In this document: positions 19,281-28,752 of the stretch, piece by piece
Layout of the letters: each line of letters begins with the position of its first letter
Numbering within the stretch: the stretch's first letter is position 1
NCBI GenBank assembly: GCA_040386315.1
Contig: JAZKFS010000001.1
Location: 24,099-88,098 of the forward strand
Source of the DNA: Bacteroidota bacterium
GTDB taxonomy: Bacteria > Bacteroidota > Ignavibacteria > Kapaibacteriales > DASPKH01
DNA: 64,000 bases
Direction of reading: 5' to 3'
Translations under genes and position numbers: made by a program
Notes under the pieces: generated by a model
What the model saw: the letters and a program-made list of their open reading frames with translations, nothing else
Told to the model about the DNA's origin: nothing
Database searches by the model: none

Positions 19281-20722
19281 TGAAAAACCTTTTAAAAACA
19301 TCACTTTTAAAACATACGCTGATCTACGGCATCGCACTTTTCGCAGCCAGTTCGGCACAGGCACAGTTTATTGAGGACGGATTGCGGCTTTCACAATCAA
19401 ACGGCTATATCACGCCGCGCGCAGGCGGTCTTGGCGTAGCATATCATGGTGTATCAGATGATTTTGCTGCATTATATTACAACCCCGCAGGGCTTTCGCT
19501 TTTAGGAAAAAATGAGGTTACTGTTGGTTTGGGATTTATGCGTAATGCGACTGAAACGAACTTTTTACAAAACGAGACACCTTTTCAGGTTAATTCCACG
19601 ATCGTTTCGCATGCAGGATTTTCAGCGCCTTTTAAAATCAATGGCAAAAATGCTGCGATATCTATTGGTTACGCACTTGAAAATAATTATGATAATATCG
19701 TTAAGATTGACGGTTTTAATAGAACTTCTTCTATTATTCCGGGTTTGCCAAGCCCTACACTACCAGAAGCTGACTTGAGAACCGCCGGGTTGGGAGGATT
19801 TGTAAATGAGAAATTTGTCACTCCCCTGCGAGATAGCTTGCAGCAGACTGCCACCATTCAGGAATCAGGTGGGCTTCACACAGTAACAGGTGGAGCAGGA
19901 TTTGACCTGACGGATTGGGTTTCAGCGGGATTTGCTCTAACGGCAAAAGGCGGCCAATACAATTATTCCCGCCGCTATACTGAGACTGATATCTATAACA
20001 AATATAAAACATTGGACGATGTAAATTATACTGATATAGATTTCAGATCTTTGGATATCCGCAATGAACTTACACAGGATATCGAAGGAGTTTCAGCTAC
20101 GCTTGGCGTGCAGGGGAAGATCGATAAGTTTATGCGCATTGGCGTTACAGTCAAAACACCAACATTTTACCAGATCAAGGAAACATTCAGTACTGACCTC
20201 ACAGCCACATTTGATAATGACGCAACAGGCAATATCACGACCGGTGAGGAAACGACTGCCTACAATTTCACGACGCCGTTTATCTTTGGCGCAGGGCTTT
20301 CTTTCAATGCGCTTGGTATGACATTTACAGCAGGTGCGGAATATAATGACGTGACGCAAATGCAATTCAGCGACGCGACTCCGGAAGTAACCGATTTAAA
20401 TCTCAAAGCAAAAGAAGAACTCAACGGTCAAACTACTTGGGGCGTAGGTGTAGAATACGAAGTTCCCCTAGCGCCGATCATTGTCCGTGCCAGCTATACA
20501 GCGATCACATCACCATACAAGGAAGATATTGCAGGAGCTGATGCGCGTATCGTGGCGCTTGGCGGCGGTATCTACCTCGCTCCGAATGTACGTCTTGACG
20601 GGCTTTTCCGCTGGACTGATGTTTCGCAGCTTCGTGCTAATTATGGCAATGGCTCCGGCTCGCAGTTTATCATGCAGCAGCGCCCGCTCAATATCGCGCT
20701 TCAGCTGACCTATCGCTATTAA
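19280..20722 (+). CDS. Putative outer-membrane beta-barrel protein (FadL/PorV-like)
   Basis: A signal peptide is present. The protein shows alternating-hydrophobic beta-strand character throughout. The C-terminal ...NIALQLTYRY is an aromatic OMP terminus. Confidence 0.45.
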   Translation: MKNLLKTSLLKHTLIYGIALFAASSAQAQFIEDGLRLSQSNGYITPRAGGLGVAYHGVSDDFAALYYNPAGLSLLGKNEVTVGLGFMRNATETNFLQNETPFQVNSTIVSHAGFSAPFKINGKNAAISIGYALENNYDNIVKIDGFNRTSSIIPGLPSPTLPEADLRTAGLGGFVNEKFVTPLRDSLQQTATIQESGGLHTVTGGAGFDLTDWVSAGFALTAKGGQYNYSRRYTETDIYNKYKTLDDVNYTDIDFRSLDIRNELTQDIEGVSATLGVQGKIDKFMRIGVTVKTPTFYQIKETFSTDLTATFDNDATGNITTGEETTAYNFTTPFIFGAGLSFNALGMTFTAGAEYNDVTQMQFSDATPEVTDLNLKAKEELNGQTTWGVGVEYEVPLAPIIVRASYTAITSPYKEDIAGADARIVALGGGIYLAPNVRLDGLFRWTDVSQLRANYGNGSGSQFIMQQRPLNIALQLTYRY

Positions 20723-20788
20723 TTCTTTTAAAAAGATTTTTAAAAACAAAGAAACCTCATCAATTATAACTGATGAGGTTTTCTTTTT

Positions 20789-21313
20789 TCACTGTAATTC
20801 TTTTAAAAACTCTTTCGCCTGCGCCGGATTTTTAAATTCCACAATTTTTAAATGAGAATTTTCCGGCCTTTTTAAAAGCTCCGGCGTATCACGCCGCCTC
20901 CGGTAATACGTTTGTAGTACCCAGAGTAAAATTGAATCGCGGCTCATAAAACTCCTTTTAAAAGTCTCAACATTTCCGTTACAGATCACTTCCTTTACGA
21001 AAACACGGCGAAAAGTTCTTTTAAAAGCGCGGTACAGTACGGTTGTAAAAGAGTAATTCAGCCAGATGATCGTATCAGCGCGAGGCCAGATAATATCACG
21101 CACAGCACCATAATTCCCCACAACGATCCAGCTTTCTTTTTCAACTTCTTTTAAAACCAGATCGCGCATTTCCTCATTTGGGATTTCCACCCAGTTCGGA
21201 CGCCAGTGAATATCATCCAGCTCAATGTGCGGCGCTTTTAAAAGAACTGACAGCTCCCGCCCAAACGTGGTTTTGCCCGAACAGCTCGTGCCAATGACGA
21301 CGATTCGCTTCAT
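20789..21313 (-). CDS. P-loop NTPase, topology-modulation protein (FlaR)-like adenylate-kinase-related family
   Basis: MKRIVVIGTSCSGKTTFGRELSVLLKAPHIELDDIHWRPNW shows the Walker A motif and the HLD..HW pattern of the FlaR/AAA_18 family. Confidence 0.65.
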   Translation of the reverse strand: MKRIVVIGTSCSGKTTFGRELSVLLKAPHIELDDIHWRPNWVEIPNEEMRDLVLKEVEKESWIVVGNYGAVRDIIWPRADTIIWLNYSFTTVLYRAFKRTFRRVFVKEVICNGNVETFKRSFMSRDSILLWVLQTYYRRRRDTPELLKRPENSHLKIVEFKNPAQAKEFLKELQ

Positions 21314-21346
21314 TTTTAAAAGCTTTTAATACGTTTTAAAAAGAAC

Positions 21347-21577
21347 CTACAAAGGCCAGATCTTCACGCCATTTTCATAAATTTCAATCGCGCCTGTCGG
21401 GCAACTTTGCGCTGCCAGGAGAATATTTTCCTCAGTATCTGTGCCGCCTGCGAAATCCACTGAGTTCTTATGCTGAAGCGTAAAAACTTCCGGCGAAACA
21501 GAAGTGCATGCAGCAGCCGAAATGCAATTATCTTCCAGCAGTTTTATCGTATAATTTCCAATGATTTTTTCTGACAT
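21347..21577 (-). CDS. Small ferredoxin-like Fe-S protein
   Basis: It has the Cys motifs C-ISAAA-C and SCPTGAIE (single-cluster ferredoxin-like). It lies adjacent to an FNR-type reductase. Confidence 0.5.
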   Translation of the reverse strand: MSEKIIGNYTIKLLEDNCISAAACTSVSPEVFTLQHKNSVDFAGGTDTEENILLAAQSCPTGAIEIYENGVKIWPL

Positions 21578-21610
21578 TTTTCTCTTTTTTAAAGCTTTAA
21601 AAATTCTGTT

Positions 21611-22333
21611 TTAAAAAAATTGCTCTTCATGAAGATTTTCGGCCGCCATTCCTTTTTCTTTTAAAAGTTTTTTCACATCGGCGATCATTTCATGGCTGCC
21701 GCACACATATGCTTCATGTTCTTGTAAAGACTCAAAGTGTGTGTCAATCCATTTTGTTACGCGCCCTTCGAGATAATCTGCTGTTTCGCCTGGTTTTGAA
21801 AGACAAAGATGAAAATGAAAGTTTTTAAAAGAATTTTTTAAAAGGTTGAATTCTTCCAGCCAGAAAATATCAGCGCGATTCCTCAAACCCCAATAGAGTG
21901 TAATTTCACGTGCATCCTGCTTTTTTAAAAGCAGGTCGTCAATCATCGCTTTCAGCGGCACAATTCCCGAACCCGTCGCCACGAAAAGCAGTTTCATCTG
22001 ACGGTGACTTTCATCAATAACAAATCTGCCGAGTGGCCCCAGCACTTCAGTTTCCTGACCGATCTGTAAACTTTTTAAAAACTCCGATCCCGCGCCTTCC
22101 GGTGAAATATCCACCGCTATTTCAAATTCATCACCGACTGTTGCCGCTACAGAATACGAACGTCTTTCCCCTTTCTCATTAATTTTAAAAGAAAAATATT
22201 GCCCGGCGAGAAATTCAAAAGCAACAACACTTTTAAAACGAATACGCAGAAATTTTTCCGAATTATCGAGGAAGTCTTTTAAAAGAACTGTTGAGGTAAA
22301 TTTTTGCGGGCGCGGAAATATCATAAATATCAA
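21611..22333 (-). CDS. Ferredoxin-NAD(P) reductase-type FAD/NAD(P)-binding oxidoreductase
   Basis: The FAD motif RSYSVAA (RxYS) and the NAD(P) motif VATGSGIVPLKAM (GTG) are present, along with the C-terminal CG...M pattern. Confidence 0.75.
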   Translation of the reverse strand: MIFMIFPRPQKFTSTVLLKDFLDNSEKFLRIRFKSVVAFEFLAGQYFSFKINEKGERRSYSVAATVGDEFEIAVDISPEGAGSEFLKSLQIGQETEVLGPLGRFVIDESHRQMKLLFVATGSGIVPLKAMIDDLLLKKQDAREITLYWGLRNRADIFWLEEFNLLKNSFKNFHFHLCLSKPGETADYLEGRVTKWIDTHFESLQEHEAYVCGSHEMIADVKKLLKEKGMAAENLHEEQFF

Positions 22334-22356
22334 TGTGAATTCTTTTAAAAATCTTT

Positions 22357-23790
22357 TTAAAGCAGCGTGCCGCGCAGGATGGAAATTGCCACAAGGAAGT
22401 AAATGACAAGCCCCACCACATCAGCAACCGTAGCGACAAATGGCGCAGACGCGGTTGCCGGATCGAATTTCAGCTTTTTTAAAATAAATGGCATCATAGA
22501 TCCGCAAATACTTCCCCACATAACCACGCCGACAAGCGAGATCCCAACGGTAAGGGCAATAAGAAATGAATGAATTCCATAAATATCAGAAAAAAGCGAC
22601 CACGCCTCAATACGAAGAAATCCGATCACGCCTAATATTAAACCCAGGACAAGGCTTACAAGGATTTCCTTGCGAAGGATGCGCCACCAGTCGCGCAGGC
22701 GTATTTCTCCGAGTGCAAGCGCACGAATAATAAGCGTTGTGGCCTGCGAACCGGAATTACCACCACTGGAAATGATGAGTGGTAAGAACAACGAAAGAAT
22801 AACTGCTTTATCTAATTCATGTTCAAAAAAACCAAGCGCTGTTGTGGTAAGCATTTCACCAAAAAGCAGCACAATCAGCCATCCGGCACGCTTCTGAATA
22901 AGTTTTAAAAACGGCGTGGACATATAGGGTTCGTCAAGCGCCTCCACACCACCGATCCTCTGGATATCTTCGGTAGCTTCTTCCTGCGCCACGTCCATCA
23001 CGTCATCAAAGGTTACAATCCCGATCAGATATCCTTCCGAGTCCACCACCGGGATAGCGGGAATATCGTATTTTTCAAGTGTGCGTACAGCTTCTTCCTG
23101 CTCATCAAATGCTGAAAGGCTCACCACATTAAAGTCCATCAGCGACTCAACTGTATCATCTTCCTCAGCCAGGATAATATTGCGCAGCATAATATCGTCC
23201 ACGAGCTTCCCGGAGATATCCCGCACGTAGATCCGGTTAATCGTTTCGCTGTTTTTGCCAAATTTACGAATGTGGGCAAGTGCGCGCTTGATAGTCCAGT
23301 CCGGGCGCACCATCACGAAGTCCGGCGTCATCATCCGCCCGATACTTCCCTCAGGATAGCCGAGCAGCTGACGGGCTTCCTTTAAATCGTCAGGATTAAG
23401 CAGATTTAAAAGCCGTTGGGTAATTTCAGCAGGTAATTCTTCAAGCAGTGATGTACGGTCATCAGGACTGAGACTGGCCAGGATTTCACGCGTTTCAGCG
23501 TCCGTCAGCTCTTCTAAAAGCGCGTCCTGCTGATCCGGCTCCAAGTACGAAAATACTTCCGTAGAAAGCGCGCGTGGCAGCGAGCGGAACATCAGCACGC
23601 GGTCATGCTTTTCATTGTCCAGCAGCAGATCAGCGATCTCCGGCGCAGGCCACGTAGCCAGGACTTCGCGCAGCTCACTCCATTGACGCGATTCAATGAG
23701 TTCCTGTATTTCCGGTTTTAAAAGTTCCTTTAGCATTTCGGGCGATTTCCGGTTCGATAATTTTTTTTGGAGAGCTATGTGCGATCGCAC
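22357..23790 (-). CDS. mgtE: Magnesium transporter MgtE
   Basis: The architecture is an MgtE N-domain, tandem CBS domains and a C-terminal 5-TM MgtE domain (GEMLTTTALGFFE, PFVATVADVVGLVIYF). The true start is probably the internal Met (MLKELLKPE) near 23736. Confidence 0.9.
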   Translation of the reverse strand: MRSHIALQKKLSNRKSPEMLKELLKPEIQELIESRQWSELREVLATWPAPEIADLLLDNEKHDRVLMFRSLPRALSTEVFSYLEPDQQDALLEELTDAETREILASLSPDDRTSLLEELPAEITQRLLNLLNPDDLKEARQLLGYPEGSIGRMMTPDFVMVRPDWTIKRALAHIRKFGKNSETINRIYVRDISGKLVDDIMLRNIILAEEDDTVESLMDFNVVSLSAFDEQEEAVRTLEKYDIPAIPVVDSEGYLIGIVTFDDVMDVAQEEATEDIQRIGGVEALDEPYMSTPFLKLIQKRAGWLIVLLFGEMLTTTALGFFEHELDKAVILSLFLPLIISSGGNSGSQATTLIIRALALGEIRLRDWWRILRKEILVSLVLGLILGVIGFLRIEAWSLFSDIYGIHSFLIALTVGISLVGVVMWGSICGSMMPFILKKLKFDPATASAPFVATVADVVGLVIYFLVAISILRGTLL

Positions 23791-24002
23791 AGGAAGTGCA
23801 GTACAAAAATAACACAGTAATTCGTGAATTGGTGCAAGAGAATTGGAAATTCTAAAATTTTATCGTATTTTTAGAATCTTCTCCTCACAGAAGCCAGGTA
23901 AAAATATTTATTTTTAAAAAGAATAATTTTTCTTGACTTATACAGGAAAAAGCAGTATTTTTGCAGTCTAAATTTTTCAATAGCGCATTACTAACAGCAC
24001 AC

Positions 24003-24263
24003 ATGGCACATCATAAGTCGGCTTTAAAAAGAATTCGTCAGGACAAAAAAAGAAAATCATATAACCGCTTCAACAAAAAGCAAATGCGCGAGGCTTTAAA
24101 AGCAGTTCGCACAGCTACTACATTTGAAGACGGACAAGAGAAACTTCGCCTTGCAGGCAAAATTCTCGATAAAGTTTCTGCTCGTGGCATCATCCACAAA
24201 AACAACGCAGCAAACAAAAAATCTTCTCTTGCAAGGCTGATCAACAAGCTGAAAACTGCATAA
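24003..24263 (+). CDS. rpsT: 30S ribosomal protein S20
   Basis: MAHHKSALKRIRQDKKRKSYNRFNKKQMREALKAVR is the classic S20 N-terminus. Confidence 0.9.
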   Translation: MAHHKSALKRIRQDKKRKSYNRFNKKQMREALKAVRTATTFEDGQEKLRLAGKILDKVSARGIIHKNNAANKKSSLARLINKLKTA

Positions 24264-24309
24264 AATATTTTTAAAAGAATTTTTTCAAAAGAAATCTTTT
24301 AAAAACCGC

Positions 24310-24383
24310 GCACCCGTAGCTCAACTGGATAGAGCATCTGACTACGAATCAGAAGGTTGTAAGTTCGAATCTCGCCGGGTGCA
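24310..24383 (+). tRNA. tRNA-Arg(ACG). It serves as the integration site (attL side) for the downstream insertion.
   Basis: GCACCCG-TA-GCTC-AACTGGATA-GAGC-A-TCTGA-CTACGAA-TCAGA-AGGTT-GTAAG-TTCGAAT-CTCGC-CGGGTGC-A gives a cloverleaf with anticodon ACG (there is one A.C pair in the T-stem). A terminator hairpin (aaatccttataag...cttataaggattttt) follows. Confidence 0.9.
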
Positions 24384-24781
24384 CTCTAAATCCTTATAGG
24401 TCAATGACTTATAAGGATTTTTGCTTTTAACGCGTAACAAATACATAACAAAAATATCGCGTTTTTTAGTTGACTTCTTAACATTTAGCCCACTTTTGCT
24501 CAAGTTTCTTAGTTAAGTTTGGAATTTTTCCAGTAACACCACCCACCTAGGAGTTATTAGTGGTATGCAATAAACCAAATTATCTAAGCCAAAGAGAACT
24601 CCTGTAAAACTGACACGATCTTCCGAAGTCTTCAGACTTCGACCGGGCCTCAGTATGAAATAGATTCCAGAAAAAAGCTTAACAACTTCATGGTTAACCT
24701 TTATGTCTCCCGTACACCTAAGACTAACCTATTTTGTTTTATACCTGCATTTTTTGTTCGTACTCGATACAGTAGTATCTT

Positions 24782-25432
24782 ATGCAAATTGATTTCGGCT
24801 TTACAGATAAAAATATTGCTCAATATTTCACTCCTAACTTTGTTACGAGTGAGGTATTGACCAGCAAAGAAAAACTTTATGCTAAGGGTTTTTCGCATAA
24901 AAGATTATGTCATTTTAGTACAGGCAGACATTGTGCTAAAAAAGTCATTGAAAACTTAAATGTAGCTGATAATGAAATTTTAATTGGATCGGATAATGTA
25001 CCGGTCTGGCCGAAAGGTATTGTTGGCTCGATTAGCCATACTAATGGTATGGTTGGAGCAGTTGCTGCAAAGTCTTCTGAACTACTTTCAATAGGAATGG
25101 ATATTGAGGAAATCGGGCGTGTCAAAGGCAATATGTGGGATATGCTATATACCCCAGCAGAACAAAAATATCTTTATCAACTACCGGAAAAAGAAAAGGC
25201 TCTTTACACTACTTTACTCTTTAGTATGAAGGAAAGTTTTTATAAACTTCAATATCCTCTTACACAAAATAAATTATGGTTTACCGATGTACAGATTAGT
25301 AAAAAAGATGAAAACTTCAGTCTGCAGGTCTTGATCGATTTTGAAGGCAAAGAATTGCTGAAAAATTCAACCAAGCTTCATTTTGCAGTCTTTAATAACT
25401 ATGTCATCAGTCTTTGTTTTATAGAAAGTTAG
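24782..25432 (+). CDS. 4'-phosphopantetheinyl transferase (Sfp/PfaE-type)
   Basis: The PPTase motifs are GSISHTNG, IGMDIEEI (the (V/I)G(I/V)D motif) and LLFSMKESFYK (the (F/W)(S/C/T)xKE(S/A)xxK motif). It lies next to a multi-ACP PKS. Confidence 0.75.
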   Translation: MQIDFGFTDKNIAQYFTPNFVTSEVLTSKEKLYAKGFSHKRLCHFSTGRHCAKKVIENLNVADNEILIGSDNVPVWPKGIVGSISHTNGMVGAVAAKSSELLSIGMDIEEIGRVKGNMWDMLYTPAEQKYLYQLPEKEKALYTTLLFSMKESFYKLQYPLTQNKLWFTDVQISKKDENFSLQVLIDFEGKELLKNSTKLHFAVFNNYVISLCFIES

Positions 25433-25709
25433 TCAACTAATTTCTCTTATCTTTCAGAGCTTCTTCCGTAAAAAAACATTAATATGTTTCAACAGTAAGT
25501 ACCTTCATAAAACGAGGACATTCAGTAGCTCCGACACTAACCATGATGGATGTGAAAATGTGGGCTAGGAAAGATTTTTAATCTGGATATCATAGGTGAA
25601 CTGGATATGATAACAACAGGGCTCATTGGAAGGAGAAATATATTGATTCGCAATATATTCCTGCGTTTTAGCCAGTCGGATAATATGTTGTAGCTTCTAT
25701 TCTTTTGAT

Positions 25710-28145
25710 TTAAATATCATCAAATTGTTCTCTTCTTTCTGTTCCTTTTTTACTGTAATACAACTCTTGACTGACAATTATTTCAGCACCTTCAGATCTT
25801 AGGCACACTTTTGAGTCCATATCATAAGTGGTTACATTAGCCACCAACTTAGTTGGTGAGTGTGTTACCATTTCAAAGAAAACATTGTAATCCTTATCAA
25901 ACTCAAGGGGCTGATATACCAAAACCTTATTACACTTTACTGGAAGACTCCCAGCATCGTAAATATACTTGGCCCAGATTAACAGACCCTGATACTGAAC
26001 ATCGGAAATAAAAGTATTTATTTGATTGATAGGAAATTGCCCTTGCATCTCATCCTCAACTGATTTTACATTGCATTGAAAACGCATGTAATTCTCGCCA
26101 TATATCTCCACCTCCTTAATCCCTTGAAAAGATTTTCCATGAAATAAGGTACCGTTTGTATAATAATTATCTCCGTTTTTCTTCAAATTACATTCAGGTA
26201 AAGTGGGTAAAGAAAATGATGGAATTTCTTCTTTACGTTTTGTCAAAATCACCTCACTTCTGTAATGGAAAACTTTATTTCCATAATCATTTTGACTGTA
26301 AATACTTCCTTCACATTTAATTGTATCCTGGGATTTTTCCAGTTCTTTAATTTCAAGATGATAATCTTTGATTAAATCATCATTTAAAACTATACCTTTA
26401 AACATTTTACTGTTTTCAATTGCAGAAATGTATAAGCCTGGGTAGAGGTTGGCTGTAGATTCTGCAATCCAGGCTATCGAACTTACAACCGGAAGTACCG
26501 GATTCCCTCCTATTTCATGGTCATGAAGAAAAGGATTTAATTTTAACTTCAGCTGGCGATTGATCAAATATGTTTTCAGAGTCGAATCTGCACTATAATT
26601 TGGTACAGGTTTCGTTGCATAAACGACCTCAATATGTGTGTCAGCGATATTTAATTCATTTATAAAAAATTGAACAGCCTTGTCTTTTTCGATAGAAATG
26701 ACACCATTTTCCGCAAATAAATTTCTAAGCTGAGGGCTTGTATTTTCATCATTCCAGGGTGCCCAGTTAAATGCTTTTACTATACATCCGGGATTTTGGT
26801 CATGTATTTGATAACATACATGATTAAGGATTTCATCGGTCATAGCTACTTCAACCTGGCCAAAAGATCCAAATTTTCCACCGGCAGAAGAAAACACTAT
26901 TAAATACTTTAACTCATTTAGGTTGATGGCTTTAAATACATTGTAAAAGTTCTCAATTCTAGCAAAAAAAATCTTTTCAAATTCCTCAATTGTCTTTCGT
27001 TCTATTTGTTTATAGGTCGTTTTGATGGATCCAAAAATTACTCCGGAGATTGATCCTAATTGTAATTTTTTTTTCTCCATTTGTTCTTTGAAAACCGTTT
27101 CCTGATAGAAAGTGACCTTAGATCCTACCTCCTGCAAGGTTTGGACAATCTTTTGAATCGTTCTTTTATAAATGATTGAATCATAGAGTTTTTGCACCTC
27201 AATTGGTAGTGGGTTCAAATTCTGCGATTTAAGATAATTTACAATAATCTCCTTTAAGTTCTTTTCTTCTATAATGCCTCTAGACCAATCATCTTCAGGT
27301 ATACTAATATCAGCTTTACCCACTACTAATAGTTCCGGCTTGTACCTTTTAGCCAATTCTAAAACTAAAGAACTGGTTGGCTCATTTTCAATATTGTCAA
27401 CAGCAAAAACTTCTGCTTTGGAAACAGGATTATAAGAGGTAATTGTCGGAACCAAGGGCTTAAGTTCTAATGCATATCTGCCTCTTTTGTGCCATATAAT
27501 TTCTTTAAAGTTTAAATTCGGGTCAAAAAGCTCAGAAAGTAAAAGCTCTGCTTTTTCTTCATGAGTATATGAAGTTGAAAACTTTATATGTCGGCTATTA
27601 CAATCTGGCCATTCAAGACTTAAACTATTTGCTAAACCGGTGTAAGCTCCATTCAGAGCCGATCCACAGGCAATATTCGGATGACCGTAAAAATTTGAAA
27701 CAAAAAAGATCTGAAACATCTCCGATTTTTCATAAAAAAGATCTTTAAGACGCTTCGATAATAAAAATGCCGTTCTGATAGAAAAGACTTCTGCCTTGAG
27801 ATTTGGTGAAAAAATATCATTCCCTAAACAAGAAAAGAAAAGCAAACCGGATAAAGATCGCCTAATAATGTGTTCAGCGTCCTTTAAAGCGTTTTTAATC
27901 GATTCATCATTAATATTATCCAATTTTACAGATTTTATTTCCTCTGAAATACTTGATTGTGTTTTAGAATTACAAATCACGACAATTTCAATCTGGTTCT
28001 TTTTTAAAATTTTTACGAGGGGATTAAAGAATTCAATGTCATCGGAAAAAATCACATAAGCATTTCTATAAGGCAATACAGACACAAGTCTGTCAGGATA
28101 AGGAAGTTGTTTTAAGGTAGGGATGCGGCGAAAAATGGATTCCAT
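25710..28145 (-). CDS. Degenerate ketoreductase-dehydratase (KR-DH) paralog of the 702-aa KR-DH protein; probably non-catalytic
   Basis: It is homologous to ORF 36984..39092: LIVFSSAGGKFGSFGQVEVAMTDE aligns with ICCFSSVAARMGNIGQVDYAMANE, and KAFNWAPWNDENTSPQLRNLF aligns with KSINWGPWEGGMVSPQLKKHF. The catalytic Tyr of the YxxxN motif is replaced (VAMTD), and there is no Gly-rich NADPH motif. Confidence 0.6.
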   Translation of the reverse strand: MESIFRRIPTLKQLPYPDRLVSVLPYRNAYVIFSDDIEFFNPLVKILKKNQIEIVVICNSKTQSSISEEIKSVKLDNINDESIKNALKDAEHIIRRSLSGLLFFSCLGNDIFSPNLKAEVFSIRTAFLLSKRLKDLFYEKSEMFQIFFVSNFYGHPNIACGSALNGAYTGLANSLSLEWPDCNSRHIKFSTSYTHEEKAELLLSELFDPNLNFKEIIWHKRGRYALELKPLVPTITSYNPVSKAEVFAVDNIENEPTSSLVLELAKRYKPELLVVGKADISIPEDDWSRGIIEEKNLKEIIVNYLKSQNLNPLPIEVQKLYDSIIYKRTIQKIVQTLQEVGSKVTFYQETVFKEQMEKKKLQLGSISGVIFGSIKTTYKQIERKTIEEFEKIFFARIENFYNVFKAINLNELKYLIVFSSAGGKFGSFGQVEVAMTDEILNHVCYQIHDQNPGCIVKAFNWAPWNDENTSPQLRNLFAENGVISIEKDKAVQFFINELNIADTHIEVVYATKPVPNYSADSTLKTYLINRQLKLKLNPFLHDHEIGGNPVLPVVSSIAWIAESTANLYPGLYISAIENSKMFKGIVLNDDLIKDYHLEIKELEKSQDTIKCEGSIYSQNDYGNKVFHYRSEVILTKRKEEIPSFSLPTLPECNLKKNGDNYYTNGTLFHGKSFQGIKEVEIYGENYMRFQCNVKSVEDEMQGQFPINQINTFISDVQYQGLLIWAKYIYDAGSLPVKCNKVLVYQPLEFDKDYNVFFEMVTHSPTKLVANVTTYDMDSKVCLRSEGAEIIVSQELYYSKKGTERREQFDDI

Positions 28146-28357
28146 GTTTAATAAATTTGTTATGTAATTTATGTCATCCGTCTAATCTGCAAAGTTCATA
28201 ATTGAAGGGTAGACTTTTTTTAGCTTTACCAAAGATATCATCTCAGAAGAAGTGTGTATCAACCTGGGATTTCTACACAAATGATAATCACTTCTTATTT
28301 TACTGCAAGTCCTTTACCCTCCTGACTATTCTTGGAGCATGGTAAACTTTCAATCCA

Positions 28358-28579
28358 TCAAAGTCTTGCTTTACCTAAAACAATTACTCCTTTTGCATTT
28401 CTAACGATTTCATTTACATCAAAATCAACTAAATCAACTTTGTTATCAGGTATTACCTGCCCTCTATAATGCCATTCAGATTCTTCCTTAATTGCTACAG
28501 GTTTAAAGATCGGTTTGGTTATCCCAAGGTGAAGTCCCTGTTGAATAATAAAAAAACTGTACACCAAATCGCACTCCAT
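28358..28579 (-). pseudogene. Remnant of a FabA-like dehydratase domain C-terminus (fragment duplicated from the large pfa protein)
   Basis: The 73-aa ORF KPVAIKEESEWHYRGQVIPDNKVDLVDFDVNEIV...VLGKARL matches EPIAIMEETEWHYRGQVTPDKKLISIDFEVREVL...VMGESRL in ORF 29886..36971. There is no N-terminal domain and no proper start. Confidence 0.6.
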
Positions 28580-28752
28580 GATTTTTTAAAACACCATCGG
28601 GTTCTAATTTTCAAACACTACGCTAATGAAACTTCCTATTTTTCTATCATGAGAAAAGAAATTTTTTAATATATAATAGAGTTTGCGCCAGATCCGAAAC
28701 AAACTTTAGGTTACTTTCCATTATATGTATTATTTATTTTAAAAGACCCCTT

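Noticed and set aside
23737-23960. Possible M-box (Mg2+) riboswitch in the mgtE leader
   Set aside because: None of the conserved M-box sequence blocks could be recognised by eye in the 5' region. This would need a cmsearch to exclude properly.
24384-24781. Integrase or recombinase gene at the island boundary
   Set aside because: There is no ORF longer than about 65 aa between the tRNA and the PPTase gene, and none near either tRNA-fragment repeat. An integrase is therefore absent from this window.
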